The position numbers and the translations under genes were made by a program. Shown piece by piece: positions 1 to 11,800 of a stretch of 64,000 bases of DNA; within the stretch, counting starts at the first letter, position 1, and the number at the start of each line of letters is the position of its first letter. This stretch comes from Thermoplasmatota archaeon (lineage in GTDB: Archaea; Thermoplasmatota; E2; JACPAO01; JAHFTW01), in contig JBFIHX010000005.1 in the NCBI GenBank assembly GCA_041601615.1, positions 96,001 to 160,000 of the forward strand, in the 5' to 3' direction. A model generated the notes under the pieces. The model made no database searches. It was not told the origin of the DNA and worked only from the letters and a program-made list of their open reading frames with translations.

Positions 1-41
1 GGGCCGTCAGGGGCCTCGGTTTTGTCCCAATTTGCCAAGAT

Positions 42-1253
42 TCAGGCAGCGCGCAGGAGTTCCCGCACCTTCTCTTGCAGGACTCGGGTCGGCACGTCTG
101 GCAACGACAGCAGTTGCGTCGTTCCGGCGTGGCCGCGACCGCTCATCTTGGAGTACAGGAACCCGGCGTCCTGGAGTTGCTTGAGGTACTTCCAGAACTG
201 CGTGTGGGCACGGGGCTGCTCGCCGTGTTCCTCGCAGAGAATGTTGTATGCCTCCTCGACGCTACCGGTGGTGGCATAGGCGCCTTGGTCGCGTTCGAGT
301 CGGTGCGCCAGCGCCATCAACACCAAGAGCGGATGCTTCTGGAGATTCTGGAGCTTGCTCGTGGTGACGACGCTGTAGGTGTATGCCTTGGCGGTACGCA
401 CATCGTCGGGCGTAACGCGGTCGCGCAGTTCATCGTCTGCGTTCTGCCCCGACTTGGACAGAAGCTCAATGGCAAGACGTGCGTCACCGGGGCCACTGCG
501 GGCTTCGCCGGCCGCTTCTCCTGCGATGTCGGCAATCAGGCTGACGCAGTCCGGTTCCACGGAGCCGGGATGGAATGCTAGGTCCACGCGTTGCTGGATG
601 ATGGGCTCCATTTGGTCCTGGGTGTACGGCTGAACCTGGTAGGAATTGCTGCGCTTGAACGTGGAAAGTGCGGCTTCGTCCAAGAGTTCCAGGACGTTTT
701 GCTGGCTTACCAGAATGAGGCTGATGCCGACCCAAGCTTGCCCGGTTTCGTCGTTGAACCGGGTCAAATCGTACACGAGGTTGCTGCCGTCGGCGCGCAA
801 GAGTGCGTCCACTTCGTCGAGGATGACGAGAAGGTGGCAGTCGCGGCGCTCCAAGTGGCGGCGCAAGTCGCGCATCATCTCGCCGACGCTGAAGCCGCGC
901 TCGGGGTAGTTTGGCTCGAAGTGGTTCAGGATGCCCAGCATGGCCAAGGACGCAGATTTGCGTCGGCGGCAATTGACGTGGACCGATTCCATGCGCCGCC
1001 CTTTCTTGGCAAGCGCCCCTCCGAAGTCCTGGGCAAACCGCTTGGCCACCGCGGTCTTGCCGGTGCCCACGGGGCCCCAGACGAGCGCGTGCTCCCGCGT
1101 GCCTCCTTGCGTGAGGCCTCGGTAGGTGCGGGCAAGAAAGCGCATGGCGTCCTCGCGGTTGGGCAGTTCCTCGGGGACGTAGTCGAAATCGAGCTTGACG
1201 CGATCGCTGAAGACCGTGGGGCCGCCCAACTCCTCCTCGACGAGGCTCATCAT
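42..1253 (-). CDS. cdc6: Orc1/Cdc6 family DNA replication initiation AAA+ ATPase
   Basis: DFDYVPEELPNRE, Walker A GPVGTGKT, Walker B ILDEVD, GDARLAIELL sensor and C-terminal wHTH. Start trimmed to the MMSLVEEE ATG. Confidence 0.93.
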   Translation of the reverse strand: MMSLVEEELGGPTVFSDRVKLDFDYVPEELPNREDAMRFLARTYRGLTQGGTREHALVWGPVGTGKTAVAKRFAQDFGGALAKKGRRMESVHVNCRRRKSASLAMLGILNHFEPNYPERGFSVGEMMRDLRRHLERRDCHLLVILDEVDALLRADGSNLVYDLTRFNDETGQAWVGISLILVSQQNVLELLDEAALSTFKRSNSYQVQPYTQDQMEPIIQQRVDLAFHPGSVEPDCVSLIADIAGEAAGEARSGPGDARLAIELLSKSGQNADDELRDRVTPDDVRTAKAYTYSVVTTSKLQNLQKHPLLVLMALAHRLERDQGAYATTGSVEEAYNILCEEHGEQPRAHTQFWKYLKQLQDAGFLYSKMSGRGHAGTTQLLSLPDVPTRVLQEKVRELLRAA

Positions 1254-1358
1254 TGGCATGGAGGCCGGCGGAGGCACTTGAGGTCATTCGTTCTGCTCCA
1301 GGGGTCAGCGAAAGCACTCGGGCCATGTCTCAAATGCCCGCGCCCCCTGCAAAGCCCA

Positions 1359-2501
1359 ATGCCGGGCCCCTCGACCAAGGCCGTCCACGCGGGAGAACGA
1401 CCCCACGAAAGCGGCTCGCTCAACACGCCCGTGGTCGCTTCCACCACGTTCCGATTTCCCGAGATGCCCGATGGCTCCCCGTCCCGGTACATCTACAGCC
1501 GCTACGACAACCCGACCGTGCAAGTGCTCGAAGACAAAGTCGCCGCGCTCGAAGGAGCCGAACCCGGCAGCAGTCTTGCATTCGCCTCCGGCCTCGGCGC
1601 CGAGCAAGCGATTTTCGGCGCGTTTCTGCACCCCGGCGACACCATCGTACACCAGCAAGGCATCTACGGCGGCACCACCGCGCTTCTTGCCAACCAATTT
1701 GCAGCACGCGGCGTTCAGGTGCACGCAGCCGGCCGAGACGCGCCCGACGCACTGCCCGCCGGCACCCGGCTCGTGTGGATCGAATCCATCACGAATCCGC
1801 TCCTGCACAAGACCGACGTATCCGCCTGGGCCGCCCTCGCGCACAAACACGGCGCCCTCCTTTGCGTAGACGCCACCTTCGCGTCCCCGATCCTGCAACG
1901 GCCCCTGGAACTTGGCGCCGACATGGTACTGCACAGCGCCACCAAGTACCTCGGCGGCCACTCCGATGTCACCGCCGGCGTCATCACCCTGCGACCCGAA
2001 CTGCGCGACGCCGTCTGGACCGCCCGCCGTGACCAAGGCGCCACCCTCGACCCCCACGCCGCCGACCGCGTCCTTCGAGGCATCAAAACCCTCGCCCTGC
2101 GCATGGAACGACACACCCGCAACGCTGCCCGCCTCGCCCAAGCCGCCCGGGCGGACGCCCCCGGCACCGTCCACGCCGTGCACCACCCCGCGCCTTGTGG
2201 CATGCTCACCCTCGATTTGGGATCCCTTGAAGCGGCCCAAGCGTTCCGACGCGCCCTCCACGTCATTGTGCCCGCCGCAAGCCTCGGCGGCGTCGAGAGC
2301 CTCGTCAGCCTCCCCGTCGAAACCAGCCACGCCTACGCCAGCGCCGAAGCCCGCGCCGCCATGGGTGTGACCGACGGCCTCGTGCGCATCAGCGTCGGCA
2401 TCGAAGACCCCGAAGATCTCCTGGAAGACCTCGGGCGGGGCCTCACCGCAGCAGCCACCGCCACCCCCGACCCCGCCGCTCGACCCCAAACCGCCATCTG
2501 A
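1359..2501 (+). CDS. Cys/Met metabolism PLP-dependent enzyme (cystathionine gamma-synthase/lyase family)
   Basis: YSRYDNPT, ESITNP, VDATFASP, HSATKYLGGHSD (PLP lysine), SLGGVESL, LVRISVGIE. Real start is ATG 1359 inside the 636-aa ORF. Confidence 0.92.
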   Translation: MPGPSTKAVHAGERPHESGSLNTPVVASTTFRFPEMPDGSPSRYIYSRYDNPTVQVLEDKVAALEGAEPGSSLAFASGLGAEQAIFGAFLHPGDTIVHQQGIYGGTTALLANQFAARGVQVHAAGRDAPDALPAGTRLVWIESITNPLLHKTDVSAWAALAHKHGALLCVDATFASPILQRPLELGADMVLHSATKYLGGHSDVTAGVITLRPELRDAVWTARRDQGATLDPHAADRVLRGIKTLALRMERHTRNAARLAQAARADAPGTVHAVHHPAPCGMLTLDLGSLEAAQAFRRALHVIVPAASLGGVESLVSLPVETSHAYASAEARAAMGVTDGLVRISVGIEDPEDLLEDLGRGLTAAATATPDPAARPQTAI

Positions 2502-2553
2502 CGCATCGGCCACCACCGAAGCAGCCAAGAGCCAACGCCACAACGGGGGCCCC

Positions 2554-2871
2554 ATGGTCCAAGCCGCATGGATGAAACAGGCGCTGCTAGCGGTCGTCCC
2601 CGACGCCGACGTGCACCCCACGGACCTCACCGGAGGCGGCGACCACTGGCACGTCGTCCTCGTCGCCGCATCCTTCGAGGGCCAACGCAGCTTCCAGCGC
2701 CAAAAACCCATCCTGGCCGCCATGACGCCCTACTTCCAAACCGGCGCCGTCCATGCCCTCGACCTCAAATGCATCACGCCCACGGAGCTGGCGGACAAAT
2801 TTGAGGGAAAGCTGCCCATTCCGTTCGTGCCGCACCAACAAGGCGAAGGGATGCACCCGAACGACTGGTAA
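2554..2871 (+). CDS. BolA/IbaG family protein
   Basis: DLTGGGDHW...F.G...QRQ...VHALDLK is the BolA signature; lies near a monothiol glutaredoxin. Confidence 0.88.
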   Translation: MVQAAWMKQALLAVVPDADVHPTDLTGGGDHWHVVLVAASFEGQRSFQRQKPILAAMTPYFQTGAVHALDLKCITPTELADKFEGKLPIPFVPHQQGEGMHPNDW

Positions 2872-2930
2872 CGCGCCGATTCCACTCGTTCGAGCCGACG
2901 GCTAGGTGCGCCGGAACCCGAACGCGGGGC

Positions 2931-3023
2931 ATGGACCACGTCAACTTCGAAGAAATAGGCCTGTTTTGGAACACGCTTTGGGCTGTGGGGCTGGCTCTGG
3001 TTGCACACCACGTTTTCGTGTGA
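2931..3023 (+). CDS. possible 30-aa small membrane protein MDHVNFEEIGLFWNTLWAVGLALVAHHVFV
   Basis: Read directly from sequence: ATG 2931 to TGA 3021-3023, one hydrophobic segment. Below the ORF-track size cutoff. Confidence 0.35.
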   Translation: MDHVNFEEIGLFWNTLWAVGLALVAHHVFV

Positions 3024-3071
3024 TATGTGCCGGGGCTGAGACTTATCGCGTATAAGTGCCGAGGTGTTGCA

Positions 3072-4148
3072 CTAATCAGCGAGGGCTTGCCGGAACACAT
3101 CCTGCAAAAACCGCGTGCTGATGCGGTACTCGGCGCCTTTTTTGTCACCGCGTCGCTCCAAGAATCCGTCACTGGTCAGGGTCGCAAGCGCCTTGCTCAT
3201 GCCGCTGCCGCTGTGGCCGCCGTCATTGGGAAAATCCCTGCGTGCAAACCAATCGCCGTCGCCACCGATGGCCCACAACGCCATGTTGCGCGCCGACTGG
3301 CTGTGCAGACCGTCTAGGTAGGGCTTGAGGTCGCCCAGATGGACCGCGTCCGTGTATGCCCGCTTCAGTTGCCGTGCGAAGTACCGGGTCCAGACGTGCC
3401 AGGTCCTGCCGTCATTCGTGCTGCGGATCGCGTCGTAATAACGCTCGCCGCTGCGAAAAAAGCGGGCGTCGAGCGGTACCAGGCCGATGTTCTGGAACCC
3501 CAGCCACTTCAGGACGTGCGCGTTCAGCAGACGCCCGATGCGCCCGTTGCCGTCGTGAAACGGATGGATGCCCTGAAACTCGGCAAAAAACATCGCCGCC
3601 ACCGACACGGGCTCGCCCTTGTACTGATATGCTGCGAGCCACGCACACAGCGCGTCCAATTCCTGACGGGTGCGTTCCGGTGGAGTCGCCACGAAGGTCC
3701 ATACACCCGGCATGGGCCCGACGCCGTTCTGGGCGACTTTGAGGCGGCCCGGGCCGAACTCGTCGTTCTGACCCGCGTAGATGCTCCCGTGCAGGGCACA
3801 GATCGAATCCGTCGTCAGGGGCGCAAGCTCACTGCGCTGGGTCTCGTGGATGTGCTGGTACTCACGGGCAAACCGAAGGGTCTCCAGTTCTGACTGGGTC
3901 GTGGGGGTCGAGCCGTCGAAGATCTGCCTGGCCCTGCCAAAATCGATGAGCACGCCCTCCTGGCGCAAACTGCTGACCACATTGCGAAGACGCGCCATGG
4001 TGAGAACGGCCCGGTGCAGGTTCTGGCTCAATACGCCGTCGTCGAGCTTGCCATCCAGGCGCAGGCATTGCCGGCCTGGGCTGACCACCGCCACGTCTGA
4101 AGGAATGCGTGGGCGGAAGCCGTCGGAGGTGTCTGCCTTCACCTGCAC
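3072..4148 (-). CDS. Fic family protein with C-terminal wHTH-like domain
   Basis: Canonical Fic motif HPFHDGNGRIGR; N-terminal SLRQEG matches the (S/T)xxxE(G/N) inhibitory helix. Confidence 0.9.
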   Translation of the reverse strand: MQVKADTSDGFRPRIPSDVAVVSPGRQCLRLDGKLDDGVLSQNLHRAVLTMARLRNVVSSLRQEGVLIDFGRARQIFDGSTPTTQSELETLRFAREYQHIHETQRSELAPLTTDSICALHGSIYAGQNDEFGPGRLKVAQNGVGPMPGVWTFVATPPERTRQELDALCAWLAAYQYKGEPVSVAAMFFAEFQGIHPFHDGNGRIGRLLNAHVLKWLGFQNIGLVPLDARFFRSGERYYDAIRSTNDGRTWHVWTRYFARQLKRAYTDAVHLGDLKPYLDGLHSQSARNMALWAIGGDGDWFARRDFPNDGGHSGSGMSKALATLTSDGFLERRGDKKGAEYRISTRFLQDVFRQALAD

Positions 4149-4248
4149 GAAGATATGTATAAAATAAGCATATCATAGCATTTGCGTATGGCCAGGCGCT
4201 TATGCTCCGGCGCAAACGCTCAAGTCCCGCCGCCCCGACTGACCCCTC

Positions 4249-4632
4249 ATGGACATCCCAATGGCCGGTGCTCCCGCCGCCGCCCCGACTGCCAACTTCG
4301 CCCTCACGCCCGAGCAAAAGCAGGAGTGGGACGACCTCATCGCCAGCAACGACCTCGTGTTGTTCATGAAGGGCACCCCGGACGCGCCCCAGTGTGGCTT
4401 CAGTGCCCGCGCCGCCGGCGTGCTGCAGCACCTGGAGCGCCCCTTTGCGCACGTGAACATGTTCGCGCAGCCGGACCCGCGACAAGCCATCCAAGCCATT
4501 GCCGAGTGGTCCCAATTCCCGACCCTTCCGCAGGTCTACGTCAAGGGTGAACTCATCGGCGGCAGCGACATTGCGTTGGAGATGTTGGAAAGCGGCGAAC
4601 TGAGTGAGATGCTGGGCGAAGCCCAGGATTGA
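4249..4632 (+). CDS. grxD: monothiol glutaredoxin (Grx4 family)
   Basis: LFMKGTPDAPQCGFS, WSQFPTLPQVYVKGELIGGSDI. Confidence 0.93.
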   Translation: MDIPMAGAPAAAPTANFALTPEQKQEWDDLIASNDLVLFMKGTPDAPQCGFSARAAGVLQHLERPFAHVNMFAQPDPRQAIQAIAEWSQFPTLPQVYVKGELIGGSDIALEMLESGELSEMLGEAQD

Positions 4633-4817
4633 GCGAGGGAGCCGCTTTCTTTGCTGCTGTGCCGCCAGGTGCAGCACGCTGGAGAGTGGCGAACTGGAGG
4701 ATGTGTTGGGCGAAGCCCAGGATTGAGCGAGGAAGCCGCTTTCTTTGCTGCTGTGCCGCCAGGTGCAGCACGCTGGAGAGTGGCGAGCTGGAGGATGTGC
4801 TGGGCGAAGCCAGCTAA
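4585..4817 (+). repeat. 94-bp tandem repeat: three copies of the grxD 3' end with two near-identical 46-bp spacers
   Basis: Copies at 4585-4632 (LESGELSEMLGEAQD*), 4679-4726 (LESGELEDVLGEAQD*) and 4773-4817 (LESGELEDVLGEAS*). Confidence 0.95.
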
Positions 4818-4873
4818 ATCCGTCCCCCGCCCGCGCCCGCAGCGACCAAGTACCCTTGCCGCAAGTGGGCGCC

Positions 4874-5776
4874 ATGCGTGGGTGGTCCACTGTTTGCATT
4901 GTCACGTCTGCAGTCGTCTTGTTTGCCGGTTGCATCGGGGCCGGCGATGCAGGGCCGGACCTGCCGGAACTTACTTGGGCTCCAACTTACACGGTCACGA
5001 CGACGCCATTGGAGCCGTTCGAACTCCAAGGAACCAACGTCTTCGGCTACGACGCGACACGCCCCTCCAACCGGGCACTGTTCGTGCAAAACGAAGATGA
5101 CATGGCTAGGCGAAACGTCCGCGTCGACGGCACTTGGTACACCACCGATGAAGGCAGAGGATGGACCCGCTACGCAAACCAAGTGGATCTGGACGCAAGC
5201 TCCCGAGCCCACCGCATCCAAACCTGGGACCTGCGCGGACTCGTCGAGTCGGCAAGCACCGCCGAATGGACGGGCTACGAACTGCTCACCTCCACGCGCG
5301 TCACCGCCAACGGCCGCACCGAGACCGTCACGGTTCACGCAGCACTGGACGGCGGGCGCGTGGTGTCTGCCTCCATCGACAGCCCGTTTGACCCGGAATC
5401 CCCCTACACGGTCGTCGCCGGCGGCACCCTGCCATTCTCCATTCGAGCCCCCGCCACTGCAACCTTGACACGCTCCGAAGCCAACGATGGAGACGCAACA
5501 GCTCGCTCCCGCCACGCCCAAATCATCGGCTGGATCGACGATTACCGCACCCAAACTGGCGCCTTGCCGCGCTCCATCGACGCCCAAACGCTCGCCGTTC
5601 AGCGCCTAGGAGCCGCTTGGCCAACCAATCCGTTTAGTAATGAAGCGATGCGGGACGCCGATTCCAGCGGACATTTCATTTGGAAATATTGTTCTGCTCA
5701 AAACGCATCATACAGGGGCCTGGGATGGGATAAAAGTCCCATTGGTGAAAGTTTTGGCACAGGTTGTTCAAATTGA
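4874..5776 (+). CDS. putative lipoprotein with a C-terminal pseudopilin/GspG-like segment
   Basis: Lipobox-like LFAGC; C-terminal IDDYRTQTGALP...WPTNPF resembles GspG C-terminal motifs (inference). Confidence 0.6.
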   Translation: MRGWSTVCIVTSAVVLFAGCIGAGDAGPDLPELTWAPTYTVTTTPLEPFELQGTNVFGYDATRPSNRALFVQNEDDMARRNVRVDGTWYTTDEGRGWTRYANQVDLDASSRAHRIQTWDLRGLVESASTAEWTGYELLTSTRVTANGRTETVTVHAALDGGRVVSASIDSPFDPESPYTVVAGGTLPFSIRAPATATLTRSEANDGDATARSRHAQIIGWIDDYRTQTGALPRSIDAQTLAVQRLGAAWPTNPFSNEAMRDADSSGHFIWKYCSAQNASYRGLGWDKSPIGESFGTGCSN

Positions 5777-5845
5777 GCACTTATCCCTAGTACGGGGACC
5801 AAAACCACGCAAACCACTAAGAACGAACTGTCGGGTCGTTGCCGC

Positions 5846-8800
5846 ATGGTGGTGGGTCAACAGACTCGCAATGTCAGCAAGCTAGCCGTTCTCGGCATAG
5901 CTCTCCTCTTCGCACTCCCAGGAGTACAGGCCGTCGTCCCAGACGTCCCCGACGTCCCCGACGTCCTGGATTTGCAAGCAGGTACTGCAGGAGCAACCGG
6001 GGCCACGAGCCCCACATTCGGAGTCGCAGGCACGCCCGCCTTCGACCGCTACGCAGTCCCCAGCAACGTTTGGAGCTGGGACAACAGCGCCGAACCCACA
6101 GTAGGCATCTACTGGGACGACAACGGCCCCGACCCGCTCTACTTCAAGACGCTCTTCGGCGTTGGAAAAGCCGAATGGGACGACACCGTCTCGCCCCCCA
6201 CCGTCCAATGGGAAGACTGGAGTCGGTTCATCGAAACCGCCAGCGGTGTCTTTGCCGACCCCATCCTCCACACCGACGAAGTCACCGGACGCACCTGGGC
6301 CGGCCACTTCCGCCTCCCAACCCCCTGCGCCGACATGGCCTTCCGCGACCACGACTCCAGCAACCTCGACACCGACCTCGCGGGCTGGACCACCATGCCC
6401 GCCGTGTGCCAAGTAAGCGCAGGTGACCACGAAACCGTCGGCAGCGGCGCCTGGAGCAAAGATATTGACGTCTCCGCCGTCGCCACCTACGGCCGCGCCG
6501 TCTACTACTGCGCCCAATACCCCATCGTCAACTCCTGCACCGTCAGCTACGACGGCGGCCTCACCTGGCCCCAAATCACTTCGCGCCAAGTGACCGACGA
6601 ATTCCCACTCCTCGCCTGCGCCGGCATCCACGGACACGTGCGCGTCAGCGAAGACGGCTACGCCGCCATCCCCCACCGCCAATGTGGCAGCCAAGCCGGA
6701 TTCGCACTCAGCAAAAACAACGGCCTCACCTGGGCACCCCGCGACGTGCCCGGCACTGGCGCCATCGGCCACTTCGACCCCAGCATCAGCTTCAGCCGCA
6801 ACGCCGACGCAGACGGTGACTACTGGACCTACTTCGCCGTCGCCAACCCCGGCGCCGTGCTTGTCGCCGCCAGCGACGACTACGGGCTCACCTGGAAGAA
6901 CGGCGGCAGCGCCATCGACGTAGGCGCCTTCTACACCGGCCCCAACGGCGAAAAAATCACCCGCACCGAGTGGGTCGACATCCAAGCCGGCGACCACGAC
7001 CGCGCCGCCATCAGCTTCCTAGCAAGCACCGACACCGAAAGTGTCGCCCACAACGGCTGCGGCATCAACACGGCCCAGAACAACATCGTCTGGAACTACT
7101 ACGCCGGCTTCACCTTCGACGGCGGCGCCACGTGGGAAGTCACCAAGGCCAGCAACGACATTGTCCAACTTGGCCCCATCTACGACGGCGGCTTCGGCAC
7201 CGGCGACGACTCCTGCCGCAACCTCCTCGACTTCAACGACATGGACATCGACTCCATGGGCCGCATGCACATCGGCTACGCCGACGGATGCCGCGACCCT
7301 TGCACCACGCAGGGCCAGAGCCGCCAAGACGACGGCGTCGTCCTGCGCCAATCCACCGGCCGCGGCGTCTTTGCCGCCTACGACGACAACACCCCCGTCG
7401 ACACCGACGGCGATGGTATCCCGGACACCCTCGACAACTGTCCCCTCGTCCACAACCCGGACCAAACGGACTCGGACGGCGACGGCCTCGGCGACGCCTG
7501 TGACACCAACGAACCCGACGCAGACGGCGACGGCATCCCTGACGCCATCGACAACTGTCCCAACACGCCCAACGCCGGCCAGGAAGACCTGGACAACGAT
7601 GGCATCGGCAACGTGTGCGACAGCGACCGCGACGGCGACAACTACGACAACGGCAGCGACGCCTTCCCCGACGACCCCACGGAATGGGCCGACTCGGACG
7701 GCGACGGCGTCGGCGACAACAGCGACACCTGCCCCGGCCATGATGACAACATCGATCTCAACAACAACGGCATCCCAGACGGCTGCGACAGCGGACCCGA
7801 CGACCCCGACCCCGCAACGCCCAACATGCAAAGCGGTGTCCCCAGCGTCTTCCAACCCGCCGCTGAGACTTTCGAGTACAAGAAAATCAACGTTCCCGCC
7901 GACGCCACGACCCTCACGGTCAAAATGACCGGGCCCGCCTGTGAAGCGGACGGATTCCTCTGTCTCGACCAAGACTACGACATGTATGTCCGCGCCAACA
8001 GCAAGCCGGACCTCACCACCTACGACTGCCGGCCCTACAGCACCAGCAACCGCGAAAGCTGCACGATGAGCGTCTCCGATGCCTGGGTCTACGTCGGCGT
8101 CTACGCCTTCCAAGGAAACGGACCAGTCTCGGTCACCGCCACCCACGACGGCACCGGCGGCCAACCTCCCAACGACGGCAAAACCACCTACTACTTCGAC
8201 CGCGGCGACGGCGAAACAAGCACCGTCGGCAACACCGAAGTCATCCTCAGCAGCACCACCCTGCCGCTGAAACTCGACGAGCCCTCCTTCAGTGACCCCG
8301 CCGTCATGTACATGCCCTTCGTGGACGGAACCACGTCGCCCAACGGCTTCTACGACCCCGCCCACTGGACCAGCACCGACGACGTCAGCCACACAACGGC
8401 CAATGTCACCGTCAACTGGTGGATGACTGCCCCCGCAAGCGGCCCCGGCTTCTTCGAGGATTTCGACGTCACCCTGTACCGCAACGGCGAACAAATCGCC
8501 AAAGCCGCAGCCGTTCGGTTCGCTGCCCGCACCGCAGCCGTACCCGAAGAATTCAGCGTCACCCTCAACAACGTGGCCGGCGGCACCGGTGTACTCGGTG
8601 TCCAAATCGACCCGATCAACGGCGCCAACCAACAGGACTACTTCCTGCTCTTTGACAGCGTTGCCTACCCCAGCCACATCGTTGTGGACGAAGGCGCTCC
8701 CGCCAACGACACGGACGGCGACGGCATCCCCGACCACCTCGACAACTGTCCGTACACGCCCAACCCGGGCCAAGAAGACACGGACGGCGACGGCATCGGC

Positions 8801-11800
8801 GACGTCTGTGACGCCAACGAACCCGACGCAGATGGCGACGGTGTCCCGGACACAATCGACAACTGTCCCAACACCCCCAATGCCGACCAGAAGGACCAGG
8901 ACAGCGACACCATCGGAGACGTCTGCGACGACGACCGCGACGGCGATGGCTACAACAACACCCTCGACGCCTTCCCGGACGACCCCACTGAATGGGCCGA
9001 CTCGGACGGCGATGGCGTCGGTGACAACAAGGACATCTGTCCCGGCTTCGACGACAAGGTCGACAGCGACGGCGACGGCATCCCCGACGGCTGCGAAGTG
9101 CCCCCAACAGGCGACGTCGCCATCACCCACATCGACGGCGCTCAGGTAGCCGCCACCAACGGACCCTTCGAAGGCACCGTGGAAGTAAGCGGCACCGCAG
9201 ACCTCCCCGGCGTCGTCGTCCCCACCATCGCCCCCGCGGTGGTGTACGGCGTCACCGACAGCGGTGTCAACCCCTACCACATCGACTTCCTCGGAAGCAA
9301 CGTCCCGAATATTGCCCTGCGCACCCTCTCGACGTACACAGGAAGCAGCGAAGGCTGCCCAGCAGGCGTTCTTGAAGCCGGCGTCGTCATGCTCGACGGC
9401 AACGGCGACCAAATGCCCTTCACGCGCCACCCCGCGTGCTACCTCGAAGGCTACCCTGTGGACGCCCAATCGTTCCAGATTACCCTCGGCGGCTACAACA
9501 AGGGCATCGACGCCGCCAAGTGGAGCCAAGCCTCGACTGCCAACCGCGTCTACTGGGTCCCCGGCACCAAGATCGTCGGCCTCGTCAACCCAGCCGCTGG
9601 CACCATGGACGCTGCCCATTTCGACGCGGACGGACACGGCACCGCCTCGGCCTCGGTCGCTACCGGTACCCTGTACGGTTCCTGCAAGGACTGTCTCCTG
9701 GTCAGCGCCGGATCCACCTCCGATGCAGCCCTCGCGGCCCTTCTGAACGCCGACTGGATCGACTTCGTCAGCCGCAGTGCGGGCCCCCGCGCCAACGCAC
9801 CTACCGACGGCCTCGGAATTCTGACCACCATCGAAGCGACCAGCAAGGCCGCCGCCGAGCGTGGCCAGACCTACGCCAACAGCGCCGGCAACGGCAACGC
9901 CAACGCATTCGAATCGCCCAACCAATCGCTCATCACTGCAACCCGCGGCCCTGACTGGAACATCCTCGTCGGTGCAGCCCAACGCAGCAGCAGCGGCACG
10001 GGCGCCTCCATCATCACCAGTGGCAAACCGGTCGACTGGAGCGCCTGGGGCGCCGGAACCATTCCGGCCGCTTGTGAAAACAACTACAACGCAGAATGCA
10101 GCCACAGCGGCACCAGCAGTGCGACCCCCATCGCCACTGGCCACATGGCAAACGTCCTAGCAGCCGTGCGCGAAGCCATCGGCGACACCAACGTGGGCCA
10201 GTACGTCCCCGCCGATGTGGGCGGCACCCGGCAGGTCATCGCCTCCGGCACGCCCCTGTCTGCATCGCCCTGGCTTGCGGACGGCATCCTGCAACGCCCC
10301 GAACTCTGGTACGTCGCGTACAACTGCGCCTCGGACCTCGCCAGTGGCCCCGTGCTCGTGTACGGAACCGGCCCCAAGGGCCCCTACGATGAAGTCTACG
10401 CCGGCTACGGAATCGCCGACGACGCCACCGCACAGTGCGCCATAAACGCCCTGATCAACGGTGTTGCCCCGAGCACCGACCCCGAAGCAGACGAATGGGA
10501 CGCACAAGTCGAAGAAGTGCGCGACTTCCTCTGGGGTGACTGGGACGGCAACGCCGACGGAACCCCCGGCGGCAGCCACCGCGACTTCGCTCCCGGTGTC
10601 GCCGCAGCCAGCGCCGCAACCACCGGCAACGAAAGTTACGTGGAAATCCAAGTCGTCCCCGCAGGCAGCGCCCTCAACGCCAGCAACTGGGACCGCGCCT
10701 CCGGTGCGGCCTCCTGGTCCTGGGACTGGGACACGAGCCTGTACGGCCCCGGCGACTACGACATCCACGCCCGCTCCTTCCTCTACGGCATCGAGGCGGA
10801 CACGGACATGGTGCAAGCCACCGTGCCCACCCCGCCCTGCACCACGAGCTTTGGCTGGAACACCTGGGCCCTCGACGCAAACGGCACTGGCTGGGACGTC
10901 AACGCCATCAATCCGGCGCTCGACCTCCAAAGCCTCTCCGTAGCCGAGACCCACGCTGACGGATCGTGCACCTTCGACCTCAACCTCGAAGTGGCCAGCG
11001 CTGTCCTCGCGGACGTGCAAGCGATTACCTCGACGCACACCGTGGACATCCTCGAACCCGCCTCCTGGACCGGCCCCGACATCTCGTACAACGTGGTGCT
11101 CACGGCCCGGCCCCTGGCGGGCGGGGCACTCGTCGACCCCTACGTCGTGCTCTTCCTAGACGGTGTCGAGAAGGCCAACACCAACCCGAACGTCGGCACA
11201 GGAGCCGAACTTCTAAGCAGCGAATGGGACGGCGACGGCAACGTCACCTGGCACACCGAATGGAACCTGCTTCGCGGCATGGGCACCATCGAAGGCGCCA
11301 CCGTCAGCAGCTCCGAACAAGTCGCCAACCTGGCCCCTGTCGCCTACACCGCCGACACCATGGCCACCGCGTGCCCCTACGACCTGCAACAAGGCCTGGG
11401 CTGCGACACGGACGGCGACGGCATCCGCGACCACTCTGACAACTGCATCGCCACCGTCAACCCGGGTCAAGAAGACCTGGACCACGACGGCGCCGGTGAC
11501 GCCTGCGACGACGACCTAGACGGTGACGGAGTCGCCAACGCCGACGACGCCTTCCCCTACGACCCAACCGAATGGGCCGACTCGGACAGCGACGGTGTCG
11601 GTGACAACTCGGACGCCTGCCCCGGACACAACGACTTTGCGGACGTGGACGGCGACGGCATCGCAGACGGCTGCGACCCCGACAACAACGACGGTCCTCT
11701 CGGAGACTCCGACTTTGACGGTGTCGCCAACAAGGACGACGTGTGCGAAGGCCACGACGACAACGTCGACAGCGACGGCGACGGCGCCCCGGACGGATGC

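Noticed and set aside
1254-1358. Replication origin (ORB boxes) next to cdc6
   Set aside because: Short divergent promoter region with no recognisable ORB repeats or AT-rich unwinding element; the other side of cdc6 is mostly outside the window.
2866-2930. attC site after bolA flanking the Fic gene
   Set aside because: TAAC is present but there is no L-box pairing or matching GTT core.
7019-10144. 1041-aa minus-strand ORF and similar long antisense ORFs (22169-24166, 45007-46776, 61301-62926)
   Set aside because: Shadow ORFs caused by high GC and codon bias opposite clearly identified genes.
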